Origin: Lingula anatina
Lineage: Eukaryota > Animalia > Brachiopoda
Direction of reading: 5' to 3'
DNA: 64,000 nucleotides
Assembly (NCBI GenBank): GCA_051362555.1
Contig: JBPQGU010000016.1
Span: forward strand, 2,232,001-2,296,000
Part shown: positions 31,001 through 44,900 of the stretch, in pieces
How the letters are laid out: every line of letters starts with the position of its first letter
Numbering within the stretch: position 1 is the first letter of the stretch
Translations under genes and position numbers: made by a program
Notes under the pieces: generated by a model
Seen by the model: only the letters and a program-made list of their open reading frames with translations
Database searches by the model: none
Told to the model about the DNA's origin: nothing

Positions 31001-32875
31001 AATGAATCCTTGTCTCAGTTTGAACAAAATGGGTGACTGCATTACTTTGTGCAGATACAGTAAGAGCTCAATCATTACAACTGGGAAAAATTATCTATTT
31101 TTCAGATACACGATTTTTGGAATTGCCGCTTTTACTGTAAAGAAGAGAGGTTGTCTGCTTTTCAATTATGATGCTACCACTCAGTAGGAATGTTCTAATT
31201 TTAAGAATTTGTTATTCAAAAAATACAGTATCTGTAAAATTTACAATTTTCCTCTTTCAAATGATTGTCCCATTACCGCAACATTAGTTTATTGCTTTCT
31301 CTACAGGATGGCAACAGAAGTGGAGGACGTTATCAGAAATAATGGAGCTGTTCCTGCCACCATGGCCATTATGGAGGGGAAGATACAAGTGGGTGAGTTA
31401 ACATTATGTTTCTAGTTTTTATAGGGGACACAAGAGATTTTATCTTGGACACTTTGGGACTGAAAAATTTGTTTGATTTACATGATGATTTGAAATAGGC
31501 AATGTCCGTATTTTTCAGCTAATATTTAAATAAGAAAAATGCATTCATTCTACAAGATATATTTGCTATTGAACAATTTATTTGAGTCGCAGATAATGAG
31601 TTATCTAAATCTTCTGTGCACGCTTGGGATGCTGGTCTAAGAATATAAAGTCCAAAGCAAAAATAGTCACTGTTGCCATTAATTAAACATGTACAGCTGC
31701 AATTTTCATCTGCATCAAGCATTACCATGAAACTGGGGATGGACAGAGTGTTTGTAAACTATTCCATGTTAACTTAATACTCACCACAGATAACACTGAC
31801 CATATCTTGATAGAAATGTCTTTGTCATCTCGCTGTATAATGTGCTTACATTTCACTCTTTAGGTCTGGATGGGGATCAGCTTGAAAGTCTGACTAAAGA
31901 GGGCACCAGTGCTGTCAAGACATCCCGTAGGGACATGGCTTGGGTTTTAAGTCAGGTAAACCACAGGGCTGTAAAAACTAGGACATTTGAGAGCATAAAT
32001 AATATCTTTAACCTTAGTAAGATGTGTAAGACCAGTGTCACCTTAGAATGAAATATCATATTGGAACTGCCCTACTAACCCTCCCACCCCTCCTGGGCCC
32101 CTCTCCTTTCTTGCTTTTGTATGCTGAAATTTCATGTAAAGTAAAGAGACATTCCCTCCCTCAAGGTAAAGATAAATTAGTGTGGCAGTCTTTACTTTGT
32201 GAGTCGGATCAAGTGCAAATTAATGATCATGACTGTTATTTAGTTTACCTGAACACAATGAAGAAAAAGATTGTTTGCACAACCTCCATCGGATGAGACT
32301 AATTGATGTTATAAGAATTCTTTATACAGGGTACATATTACAGCAGTGCATGAAGGAAAGTTAATTTAGATTGAAAATGCACTGGTGGATTAAAACAAAA
32401 TATTGTTTGATTAATTTTTAAGATCAATATTATTTATTTATTTATTACTTGTCTTCAGGGTTTCACAGGTGGTCTGACAGTGGCTGGCACCATGATAGCT
32501 GCCCACAAAGCCGGTATCCAGGTGTTTGTGACAGGGGGCATTGGTGGAGTGCACAGGGGAGCCGAGACATGTGAGGGGCAACACACACACACACGTACGC
32601 ACGCACGCACGCACACACACACACACTCTCTCTGCTGGTATCCAGGTGTTTGTGACAGGGGGCATTGGTGGAGTACACAGGGGAGCTGAGACATGTGAGG
32701 GGCAAGACACGCACGCAGGCATGCGCACATGTACCCACACGCACACACACACACATTAAAAGTTAGCATCCAGGGTATTAGTGTTCACAGAGAAACTTAG
32801 ATGTGTAAGTCTGGACATTGATTCACTAGCATGTGTACACTTTCATTCTCTCTCTTCCTCTCTCTCTCTCTCTCT

Positions 32876-32918
<43 letters not shown>

Positions 32919-35900
32919 TCTTGATCTCTCTCCCTCTCTTTCTCCCTATCATCTCCATCACACAAACTGCACATTATGTATACATTAACTTTCTGTTTGT
33001 GTTTAGACTCTGCTGAAACGAAGAGAAACCATGTAAAATGTTCTGTATATATCCCAGCACTGTGTCTAGAAACTGCTCATAAGTAAGACATACCATACAG
33101 ATTACTTATATATCCCAGTCCTGTTTAGAGACTGCTTAAAAAGGAAGTCAAACCCCATAAAATGTGCTGTATGTATATTGTAGCCCTGTGTCTAAAGTCT
33201 ACTAAAAAGAAGACAAACCCTGTAATATGTACTGTTTTTATTTTAGCCCTGGACATCAGTGCTGACCTGACAGAGCTTGGCAGGACACCCATCACAGTGG
33301 TATCTTCAGGGGTCAAGTCTATACTGGACATTGAGAGAACATTAGAATACTTGGTACGTGAGAATTAGGGCTCACTCCTATTGAAGCTACTGGTCAACAT
33401 AGATTGATCTAACTCTGTCGGGACTCTCGCTGAATACAACAAGTTAAACAGATTAACAGGCATCCTCTTGTTTTCAGTGTACTCATATATATTTACCAGC
33501 TTCTCTGTAATCTACTCAATACCAGGAGGTGTTAATCTGTGAAATTCATTGCATTCAGCAAGAGGCCCAGCAGAGTTGGATCGATCTTTGTAAACTGATA
33601 GGTCCAATGGGATAAGGCTTTAAATTTGATATGTGACCTTGGAGTACATGGTACATGGGTCTTGAATATGATTTTTGAACTTGGTGTTTTTGGATCATTG
33701 CTCTTAAATTGGATCCATGTTTCAATGAATTATAAAATGTTTAGCTAATTTGAGCAAAAGTTAGGTTAATAGTCGGCTCATAAGGCTTGTCAGCATTCTT
33801 CGCCATCTCCCTCTATCTTTTGCTGCTGTGCCAGCTTCGCCCCATGTCTGCCCCTTCAGTTCTTTTTGCTCAGCTTCGGCATTTTTTCTCCTTCCCTCAG
33901 GTGCCCATGTCAAGACTAATTTGGAGTTGTTGTTCTATGTTTTTTTTTTTCAAGTGGAAAACTGTTCATAATAATACAGTTATCTTCTCCATAAATTCAT
34001 TTTCAAAATTCTAGGAGACTGAAGGTGTTTGTGTGGCTGCCTTTGGCCCCAGCACCCACTTCCCATCCTTCTTCACTCCGCGGAGTGGTCACCATGCTCC
34101 CCACAGTGTGAATTCCCCCGCTGAAGCTGCCAGAATGATATGTAAGTAGTACAGGCAGTTCCAGATGGTTCAGCCTGATCACAGGCAGAAAACGAGGTAT
34201 CAGAAGCCTGAAATCTGACACAAGCATGTATTTTACAAAATTTTATCAATGATAAAAAAAAAACTTGTGCTACCTATAATGATGCACTTGATATGAGTAT
34301 GTGGTAACTCGCCCCCTTCTTAAATTCCACTGTCAGTTTTTACTGGTTTGAATAAGTTTTGTCAAGTTTCAGAACAAGCAGGGCAATATTCTTCTAAGAG
34401 ACCATTTGCAGACCCTATCGTACGAACTTTGGTTCAAACTATCTCCAAAGGGATTCTCGCTTAATTGCAATTAACTTGGGCAGCTGAAAGCAATTTTGTG
34501 AGAGACCTCGTGGAGATGGACCGATCCTGTTAGATCCATCTAGGGATGGGAACCCAGTCTAAGTCAGTTTAGACATCAAATTATCCATATTGTGTGCTGT
34601 GAACACTCAGTAATTTTAAACACCCATACATGTGTTATAATATGCCATTTTTCCCCTCCAGATACCAGCCTGCAACTAGAGTTGGACAGTGGAGTACTTA
34701 TAGCAGTTCCCATCCCTGAAGATGACTCCGTGTCACATTTAGAGATTGAGCAGGACATTCAGAACGCTATTATAGAGGCAGAGTAAGTATGGAATGTATT
34801 GATAGGTGGGCAGTGTTTTTATTTTATTTTTAATAATATTTTTTGCTCCAAACTCAATAATTTTAAGTTAATATGGAGCCTCTGGTGATAATAATTAATG
34901 TCATTGTAGAAGGGGAGTAAATTTTGTTTTTAAAGATCTCTGTTGCCAGTTTCCATATTCTTCTGCATTAATTTTCAGGTTATTGTATTTTCTAGTTGGA
35001 AGAAAGCGTGAGAGAGAAAGCATGACCTTAGGAAGATAAAGGTGCTGAAAATTTAATAATGATTCTCCAATTTTGTTTTGATTTTAGACATAAAAACATC
35101 AAGGGGAAAGAAGTGACACCTTACCTGTTAAAGAGGGTACATGAAATGACACAGGGAGACTCCTTAAGAGCCAGTATCCTTGGCACCTTTTTATTGAAAT
35201 ATGAAAAAAAAGGCATCCTGTGTATTAAATATTCTGAGAAAACTGTCTGTATTGAAATAGTCTTAAAGTTTATGTTGAAAAAAAGTGAAACATGCCAGTA
35301 TCATGTACACATAGATACATGTTGACATATAAGTAAATTATAGGTGATAATTTTCTTAATTTTAATTTATTTTATTTCATTAATACAGGAAAAATGTTTT
35401 CCTTTGTCTCTAACAGAAATGGGAAGTTCATGTTAAAGTGAATCTTATACCCCATTCACACTACGCTCGGTTATCCCGATAAGTTGCGAATTGGGTCATA
35501 TTTCGAATAAATGCAGTAGTGTGAACGCAAGAGAATGTTCAAAATCCTGCAAGCGAGGTGGATTTCTAAGCGCGATCCGAATAACTTACCGGAATCGACA
35601 CCTGTACAGATCTTACTGCCCATGTGTGCAGATAAGTGCGGGTATCTATGAACGCTTGTTTATTACTTTAGCGATTGCACCAAACGTATTTGGAGGTCAC
35701 CACTCACTACAACATGAGGAAACATAAACTTATTTTGCCATCTTTAAATTCTTATACTTCTCAAGAATGCTGGAATGTCTTTTGAGTTGCATTTGTCATC
35801 ACAAATTTTTGTTGGTATTTCAAGATTTCCTGTGCAGCGCATGCGCGAGTGTTCAAAATAGGAAGTTAAACCTGAAATTTTCAACGTGTGATTCAGTTTT

Positions 35901-38900
35901 GCTTCGCTTGTGTAAACGCAATACCGAATCGAATTCCTCACGAAAAATTCGAATTATAGAAATGCACATTTTTGCAACTGTAGTGTGAGTGGGATATTAT
36001 TTGTGCTCCTTTCCTTTTGTGAACCTGTGAATTTAGGTGGTCCACTTCAGTCATGCTGAGGATAAAGTTAAAAATTTATATTCTTAGTCTATTTCCTTTA
36101 CAAGTCTCTCAGATATGGCTCTAATAAGAAACAATGCAGACATTGGCAGCAAAATTGCCATAGAATTAGCAAAACTCCAAAACCAAAGTTCTGGCCACCA
36201 GAGGCCGACACCGCAGCCCAGGTCAGCAGGAAGTTTGCATCCAGCACCATCTGGTGGGGAGCAAGGAAGGCCTGTTAGTTGACATGTAGATTAGATTCAG
36301 AACTTGATTATATGTAATTTGACCAATCACTAACTAAAACCACAATGCCTTTGCTAATTATTTTTAGAAAAATCATGTTGACTACATTTAAATGTTATGT
36401 TCAATTTAACACCCTTTTAAAGTCGATTTCCCTACTTACTTGATTTCCTTTTATTTAAGTTTGAATAATCTGAATGTTGTTTGTTTCTGAGTTGATTATT
36501 TGTCATGGGTAGTTGACATGTTAGATTTATGGGGACAGCTTCATGAAAAGTGGAGTATCATCATGTTTAAAAAATTGGCAGATGTATTTTAAATTCATAA
36601 TAGGAATAATTTAAATAATACGAATATGCCAGTCATAAGCCATCTTTGATTTTTCTGTATATTTCTGAGGGTTGATGAGATATGTGCAGCAAGGCAATTA
36701 ACTGGACAGGTGATGTAATATGTTTATTGGTGCTTGTTTTGAGATAACCATTGGGAAGAGAATTTGTGATAAAGAAAATGCAAATTTGATATATTTAATG
36801 TGTGGAGTGCAAAAAGAGAGACACAGAGATAAGTGATTAAAAATAGATGAAATACCATTGGAAAAAAATAGTTATTCTATTAAATTAAACCTAAGTGTTT
36901 CCATATAGAAATTATAATATGATATTTCTTTGCTTCGATTTATAATACCTAGTGCCTCAAATGTATTTCAGGTTTTGTATGCATTTTACATCTCAGGTGG
37001 GGAAGACAATCTGACTCATACGTACACAGCCAAAATGATTTTTTTTTTCTTTTTTGAGAATGCCAAAGGATACCTTGTCTCTTATATCAATCTCAATGCT
37101 TTAGATAATAAAGCACTAAATTTAAAATGTTGAGTGCCATAATGGAATAAATGACTTATACAAGTTATAAGCTAGCTTGATAACGAAAAAAATGGATTAA
37201 GGTAAGATAAACAATTTATGCACTTCTTCTATAATTTGGTTTTTGAAATAGTTTTGTTTTCAAGATGATGTTAAGATATTTGTGAAGCGGGATAGAATTT
37301 AGTTTTCTTTTCAAGTATAATATTATATTTTCCCCTTTCAAAACCACTTAAAGATTCATTTTGGGGACCGTGATGTGGATATTTTCTAAAGATCATCCGT
37401 GATAACTTCTTAATGTTAACAAGTCTGTGTGTAACACGTTGTTTCATGTATCACTTGTGGTTGATTTGTAAAAAATAGTAAAGATATGGGTCAAACCTGT
37501 CTTAGGCCCCATTCAAATTAGATGATCCAAGTACTAACTGATCCGCCGACTAAATGTGGGCAACCGCTCTTCAAAAGAAATGCTGCTGATTCTGGATGGT
37601 CTCTCCGCCTCCACATGGGCCATCTCTGCAGGTGGCTAGAAATTAAACCTCGGAGCGGAGATCTAATCCGTTTAATGGTGCATGTGGAGGCGGGGAGACC
37701 AACTAGAATCGCCATCATCTCTTTTGAAGTGTGGTTGCCCATATTTAGTCAGCAGATCAGTTAGTACTGGGATAATCTATTCTGAATGGGGCCTTACTAA
37801 AAGAAAGTAAATTAATAAGATTTAAAATATATATTAAATGTTCAAAACATTTTAATGTTGGTAGTGTTTTAACCTTTACATCATGTCATCACAAGCAAGA
37901 CAATAAAATGAAACTTAAATGAAAATTGTTAGTAATATTCTTTTTCCAAGCTACTAAACAAATTTGTTAAGTTGTAAAAGTAACAAATGGTAGGGATTAA
38001 GATTTGAAATGAGTGGTAACTTTAGCAATCTTTTAAGTTAAAATTATTAATATTAAGCTAAATACCAAAATTAATATTTTAGTTGATAAGTATTAAGTTG
38101 TTTCTTGTTCAGGGACCTATTTCTTGTACACTATTTTTGAGAGTATATTTAAAAAATGCTTTTTTTATTAACATATGTTTCTCATCATATACCTGAGGGA
38201 ATTAACAATATTATGTTTTTAAGGATGTATGCCATAACTTGAACTACACCCTACTGTCGATATCTTTATCAAACAATAAAAGATTTTAATCAACTGAAAA
38301 TGTTTGTACTTTTATGTTATTTCTTTTAAAACTGACTTGAAGTTGACAATAGTCCTGTAATCATACTTGACAGAGATTTAAAAATGCCTTTCAGTGGCCC
38401 AAATAATGTTAAACACAGTTTTTGTTTAAAAAATGCAATTATGCTCTGCAATTTGGAGTCGCAAGTCGGGTGACAAAGGGGGGGGGGGGGGGGGGGGGGG
38501 ATAGTGGATACCTGATTTGAGAAGCTCTTGTTGGACAAAATCTGTGAATATTTGGTGCGGGTTCTTTTATTATCCCCAGAAATGTCACAGTAACAGTTAT
38601 GTCTTGAGGCACAGCCAACTTCAGCATTCACCCTCGTATAAGCTGTGATGGAAGTAGCCAATAGCAAGTGACTACACATTCGGGGCTAGTCATAAAAGGC
38701 CTACAGGGAACAGTAAAATAACACAAAAAGATGGAAGAGTCACAGAATAAGACCTGGATTTGCCAATGAAGTCCTACATGGAACAGTTGGAGGAGGAGAA
38801 GCACACGGAAGAAAAGAGATGTGAGGATATGATTCTAGACAGATTGGACAGTTAAACAACTGGGTATAACCATAAGGAAGGTAGAAGAAGATAAGAGGCA

Positions 38901-41900
38901 TGGTAGCTGCTGGTTGTAGTGGTTGGATCTGGACACATACATGTACTAATATTGCACTGAATAAACTAACATGGTGTTGAGAATGTCATCCATCAGTCCT
39001 GCACAGTATAGCGAGAAGAACACCTACAAATAACACCAAAAAGTGGAATAGTGCTGAACTTTTTAGTTCTTATCCAAGTACAATGATAGTTATTACTAAA
39101 ATATAATATTATAGTTATTATTAATATAGTTATTATAATATAGTTATAGTTATTATAAATATACTCAAATCATTGGTGCTATTACACTGGTGCTGGGATT
39201 CACATGGCTCGAATTTGCTATTTGCATTTCATATATCATTCCACTTTCAGGCTCATACCAAAGAAATACTTCAAATGCTTGAAATAGGACAGGTTTAAAG
39301 AAAAAGGTTCTTCATTTCTTATTTCAGGTCGTTATAGGTGGCACCATTGTAGATTTCACAATCACCGCCACAGACCCCAATCTCAAGGAAGATGGTGGAA
39401 GCTACCCTGGTCACATGAGGCAGTCGTTTGGTGGAGTCGGGAGGAATCTAGCGGATGGATTAGCTCGCCTTGGCTCCAATCCTTTCTTCATATCGGCCAT
39501 TGGTACAGATGGGCATGCCGAGTCCATGTTGAACTACTGTAGTCACATGGTAACAATCAGGTTTTATTTTTGGGCTTGCTTATTTTTTCCTTCATTTTTC
39601 AATCAAGAAAGTCATTGATTCTTTGCTCTCCAATTTGTTGGTTCCTACATTGATTGGCTAGTTTCACAAAAGAGCTATTTTCCAAAAAATGAGTCTTAAC
39701 ATTTATATACAAAAGTTAGTCTGCTTCAGGGTATTAAAGTACTTTAAATTTTAGGCTATAGCTTTTTCTAGGTAAGTGGTCCCATATAATGTTTTGTTTA
39801 TTCATTTATTTATTTATGAAAATTATTTTCATGCAAAATTTTATGTTAAATTTGTTGTCTCTCTTTTTCTTCTCTTGGCGGAGAGAGATTGGTCAGTAGT
39901 TTATTTTCATTAAAATACAAAAACTTCACAATATTTTAACATTAAATTTTGATACTTATTCAAGGACTGCAGTGGTATAGCGCAGCATGAGACCTACTCC
40001 ACTGCCACCTATTGTGCAATTCTAAGACACAGCGGTGAGTTGATGTATGGTGTGGGTGACATGGAGATTCATTCCACCATCACACCCAAATACGTGAGTA
40101 CAGTAACTCTTTAATTATCACTACTGTAAAGTATAAAATGATATCAAATTTAACACATTAAATCTTCATCCAAGAAGAGATTATTTATTACAGCTGGCCA
40201 GGACCTAGTATGTTTATATAGTCTGACTCTTACAATTCCTGGATCACTTTCTACAATTAACCTCTCAACTGCCTCCCTCCATACTGACATTTTGACCCCG
40301 TTCTCAGTCATGTATCTAAAATATACCTATATAAGTGAATACGCACACATTCAAGATACCACGGTAACCCTGATATTCTGATGAGATGTTATTATGCAGA
40401 ATTCAGAAATAAAATTCCACAATTACAAAATTGTGTTAAATGTTAATCTAAACATAGATAATGTCATGAAAACTCAGGATTCCATGGTAATATGACATAG
40501 TTTTAACGATTTAAACAATTTATTATATAATAAATTTTTATTCACAGATTGCCAGATACGAGGCCAAGCTGTGTCAAGCTCCCATAGTTCTTATTGATGG
40601 AAATATCCCAGAATCCTCCATGGAATATGTCTGCAACGTCTGTGATAGCAATCAAGTACCAGGTAAATGAAAAAAATACCCTGCTGTCTTTTGTTTGGTT
40701 TATTTCTTCATGAAGTATTACTAGTATGGGTAAGGTAAACACTGCCATCTAGAAACCGTAGTGCTGAGCCCCTGTAGATGATGCATCTTAGGAGATGGCA
40801 ATATTAAAGAAGGCCATAACTTTTTATGTACAGACACAGATGTGTCTGTACATATTGCCATCACCGGCGTCTGTCGTCGCCATCGCCGGTGCCGTGCACT
40901 TTTATTTTAGGGGTAGGCTATACGTATTTTAATTCAAATTTTAATTTAAATGTTCAAATAGGATTGAGTTTATGAAATTACAATCTCAGAAGAAAAGAAG
41001 TCTGAGTGTGCGTTTGAGAGAGAGAGAGAGACAGAGAGGCAGTACCTCTACTTAAAAGAAAAAAACTGTAACACTATATTGTATATGTTTACTATTCCTT
41101 TATTTACATTTGCTTATAAAATGTTTTTTCTGGTATGAAATGCTTCTGACAAACTTGACTTCTGTTCTCAGTTAAATAAAAAAAACGAAACATTTTAGGA
41201 GAAGAAAAATATATCTAGTACAAGCAGTATAAGTTGGTAAAAATATGAATATTTCCATAGATATATTGAGTCTACTAGTGTTCTATCTACATATGCTACA
41301 TATTCCATTCAGATGTGTTGACGAGTAGTCCAACAGTTTTTTCATTCAAAATATGGATAAAAACATAAGTAATGTCTTACAAGGTCATATTCTATTACTA
41401 CCTATTCTAAAACATTCAGCTTTGCTTTGTTAAACTAATGCCTAAGGGATAAGACATATATACAAATAATACAAAGGTTCATATACATTTTGCATTTCAT
41501 TTGTCAATTCCTCTTAAAAAAAGCACCCATGAACATTGTTTTATTCACAGTAAAATATCAAAATTGCTCACATATATTTCATGTGACAAATGTTTTTTCT
41601 TGTTTATACAGGGGTGTAAGTAGGGCACTTTTTCACCCATTTTATGGGTTTTCGCAATCTTTCCAGTAAATATTCTGTTGCAAAGTCACTGTCTCCATTT
41701 CAAGTGTCTGGGTGAAATATTTTGAAGCTTTAAAAATATTTACATTACACTTTTGGTATAAAAATCTACAATTATTCTACATGATATTAAACAGCAACAG
41801 TCTTGGAAATTGCCTCACTTTTTACTTCATCTCTGTCTTTGTCTCATCAGACAATTGAGCTCTCGTTAAAAGCATCAGCATCCCAGAGAAAAGAGCCAAA

Positions 41901-44900
41901 AATGCAGACAAGACAGCAAGTCCAAAAGACCATGACACACGGTTGTTGTCAGGGTCTGGCATCCAGGTGCGACCATCTTTGGTTATGGTTCCAAAAACTG
42001 TGACGATGATTCCTTCTAGTAATGCTGTAAAAGAAAACAACCAAGTGTTTCATTATAGCCTTTTTGTATGAATTGTTTATCCTTTTATAATTAAAATGTA
42101 TTATTTTTATCTACATTATTTTTCATGGCTGCATTAGTTTTACTCTTTAGTTATTTCAGTAAATCTTTACTGAACTCTTGCGTATCTTTCAATAAAAAAA
42201 TCTCATTTATTACCACTTTGGCACAAAGGGCTTTAGTTTTTTCCTCCAATCTTGTGCCACCCCCTTTGTGAGAAGTTTGTGAATTTCAAAAAGCTAATGA
42301 ACTTTATATAAAGAAGTTTGAGAATCAGTCTCAGTGGAGGTTGATGGCAGGTGTAAGGGTTTTCTAGTTCTTTAATCTGTATACACAACCTGAGCTCCCC
42401 CCCCCCCCGCCATAATAAATAGGTAAATAATTAAAATAGATAATAGTGATAATAATAATAATAATCTGAGGAGCATTCAATTCTGCCCAATGGTTGTAAT
42501 TTACTAATATTAGTCACAAACTTGCTGCTGTACTTATTTCCCCTAAGCTCTTAGGGCTTGGTTATCTATTTCACCACCCTTCCGTATCTTCCAGATTTTC
42601 TTTTCCTGTCCCTAAATTTACAAGGTGATAATGGTGGTTTTATTGTGTCTGTGCACACCTTCAAAGACCCCCCCCCCCCCCACCCCCAGATAATTCTAAC
42701 CAACCACTTTCTAACCAGCCCGTCTCAGTGCAGGTGATGGCAGGCAGTGTTTGCTGCAGTTACGTATTCCACATGAGCTCTTGGGGCTTTCCCCAAATTT
42801 CTACTTATCTTCCCTAAATTCACAGGATGATAAAGGTGGGATAAGTGTGTCTGTGCACACTTTCAAGTCCCTGCCCCCTACAATTATTACTAATCAGCTA
42901 TTGCTACTGACCCAAATCTTTAAAGTTATCAAGTACAAACCTGCAGCAATGCTTATTCCTCCTGAGATTTTTAATGCTGAGCTATCTGTCTCACAGCACT
43001 GGAAGAGGAAGCCTCCCTCTGCAAAGGAGGCAGTCATGAAGACAAACACGGCAATCAGACTCAGGTACTGGCAGGCGATGAACCACGCTGTGAAAGAGAT
43101 GTAACAAGAAAGTCAATTAAATGAGTACCAAAATAAATGTTGTTAGCCATCCAGTAGAATAAGAATGATAAAAATGAATGATTCTGATACTGGAACCTGC
43201 ATTATGTCAGTTGTTAAATGTAAGTTCCAGTATCAGAGTTATTCATGTTTATTAAAGTGAATTAAAATTAGGATTAGATGAAAAGTTCAAAATAGAATTA
43301 AGTCCCAACTCAAGTTTTATTTAACTACAACACTACTGTTGTCTATGACTATAACATGTGTACAATAGCATTAATAATATATAGCAGATACTAATAGGCT
43401 AACCCAGGCTTCAATAGAATATTGACATGTATAATTTAACAATAATTGATACATTAAAATGAAGTAGGATAATTTGATTGAACTTGGCTGTGATTCATTT
43501 CACAAAGCATAAATATAAAATTAATGTAGTATACATCTTTATAGATGAATAACACCTTATATCTAAAGACATGGTTGAAATTAAGTTTTTTCCCAATTAT
43601 GGTATAGATATCATTAATCTACAGTGGGATTTTATTGCAGGTTGATAAGAAAATCAATTTGCATTTTAATCAAGATATTTGACCAGTGACTCACACCTGT
43701 TGATGCAGGTTGAATTTGGGGTCACTCATGACAGTGAGACTTAAAGTCTTTACAACAAACTCATTGAATTTAACAGGCATTTTTACACCATTTATAAGAC
43801 ACAATTTAAATTTTTTACAACAGGTATCATTTTGAAGAAAAGGTGTTATATTTAAACCTGAGTAGTGTATTATTTGTAGTTTTGAAGTGAAACAAATGCT
43901 GTTTTTTTGCCAGTATCTCCTGGTGAAAAATTCAGAAATAACATCCACTTTCACTAAACACATTTTACATTGTGCACAAACTCATAATGACCTCTCTTGT
44001 CATATATTTCAGTATATATCCCTCAATACTCACGTGGCATTAAGTGGTCTCTCATCCACCAGTATTCTGGAGAATAAACCCACCAACATCCACTGTAAGG
44101 CTTGGCTAACAGGTCATCTGGGTTTCTGTAATTGTCCAGGCAAAACTCCCACAGTCCACACCGCACAAAGCCATGGCTGTCTCTAATGTCTGATTTCTCA
44201 TACCAGTTAGGGGTACAGAAGCCTACTATGTTGAAAAGTAGAGCTAATAGGCTTAATGCGAAGCCGATGTAAAATGTAGCGTTGGACCCCATCTTTAAGT
44301 CTCCAAATTCAAGATGGTGGCCTCCTTCTATGGCAGTTGAGGGGGGAGTGCAGGTCTTTGGGACTGATGGGTAATTCATTATTGTTTGGTAATTTTGAAA
44401 TTTTGTTTTAAGATTCTGCAGTTGGTATGTATTTAGGATCGACCAAAATTGTCATATGTACAATTGATATGGTTTTATTTCTTTGATATTTCATGTTTTA
44501 TTAGATTTATTCTGACTATGGCAGTCATTAAGTCCTGAGTTTATCAATCCCATGAGACCTTTTTTCACCTGGCCATGACAAACATACCTGGCTGCCATTT
44601 TAATGAGATCATAAACTGGGTCACTTGTATTCCAGCTGGAGGGGTGACAGGTTGTGTCACCCTGTAAACACCAGATAAGGATATGATTGGTTTATTACCC
44701 AGGCTTTAAACTTTATCAGTTACTGCAGTTAAAGTTAGGCAAGTGCTGTAAACAATGTGATACAGATTTGTGGGGAAAAATTGGCCAAATATTTTATTTA
44801 TTCATCCATTTCATTTTTGTTTTTTTATTTTTTGTACTGACAACTAATTTGTTTGGAATTAAGACTTAAACAGTGTTCTTATAAACATGGGTGCAAATTC

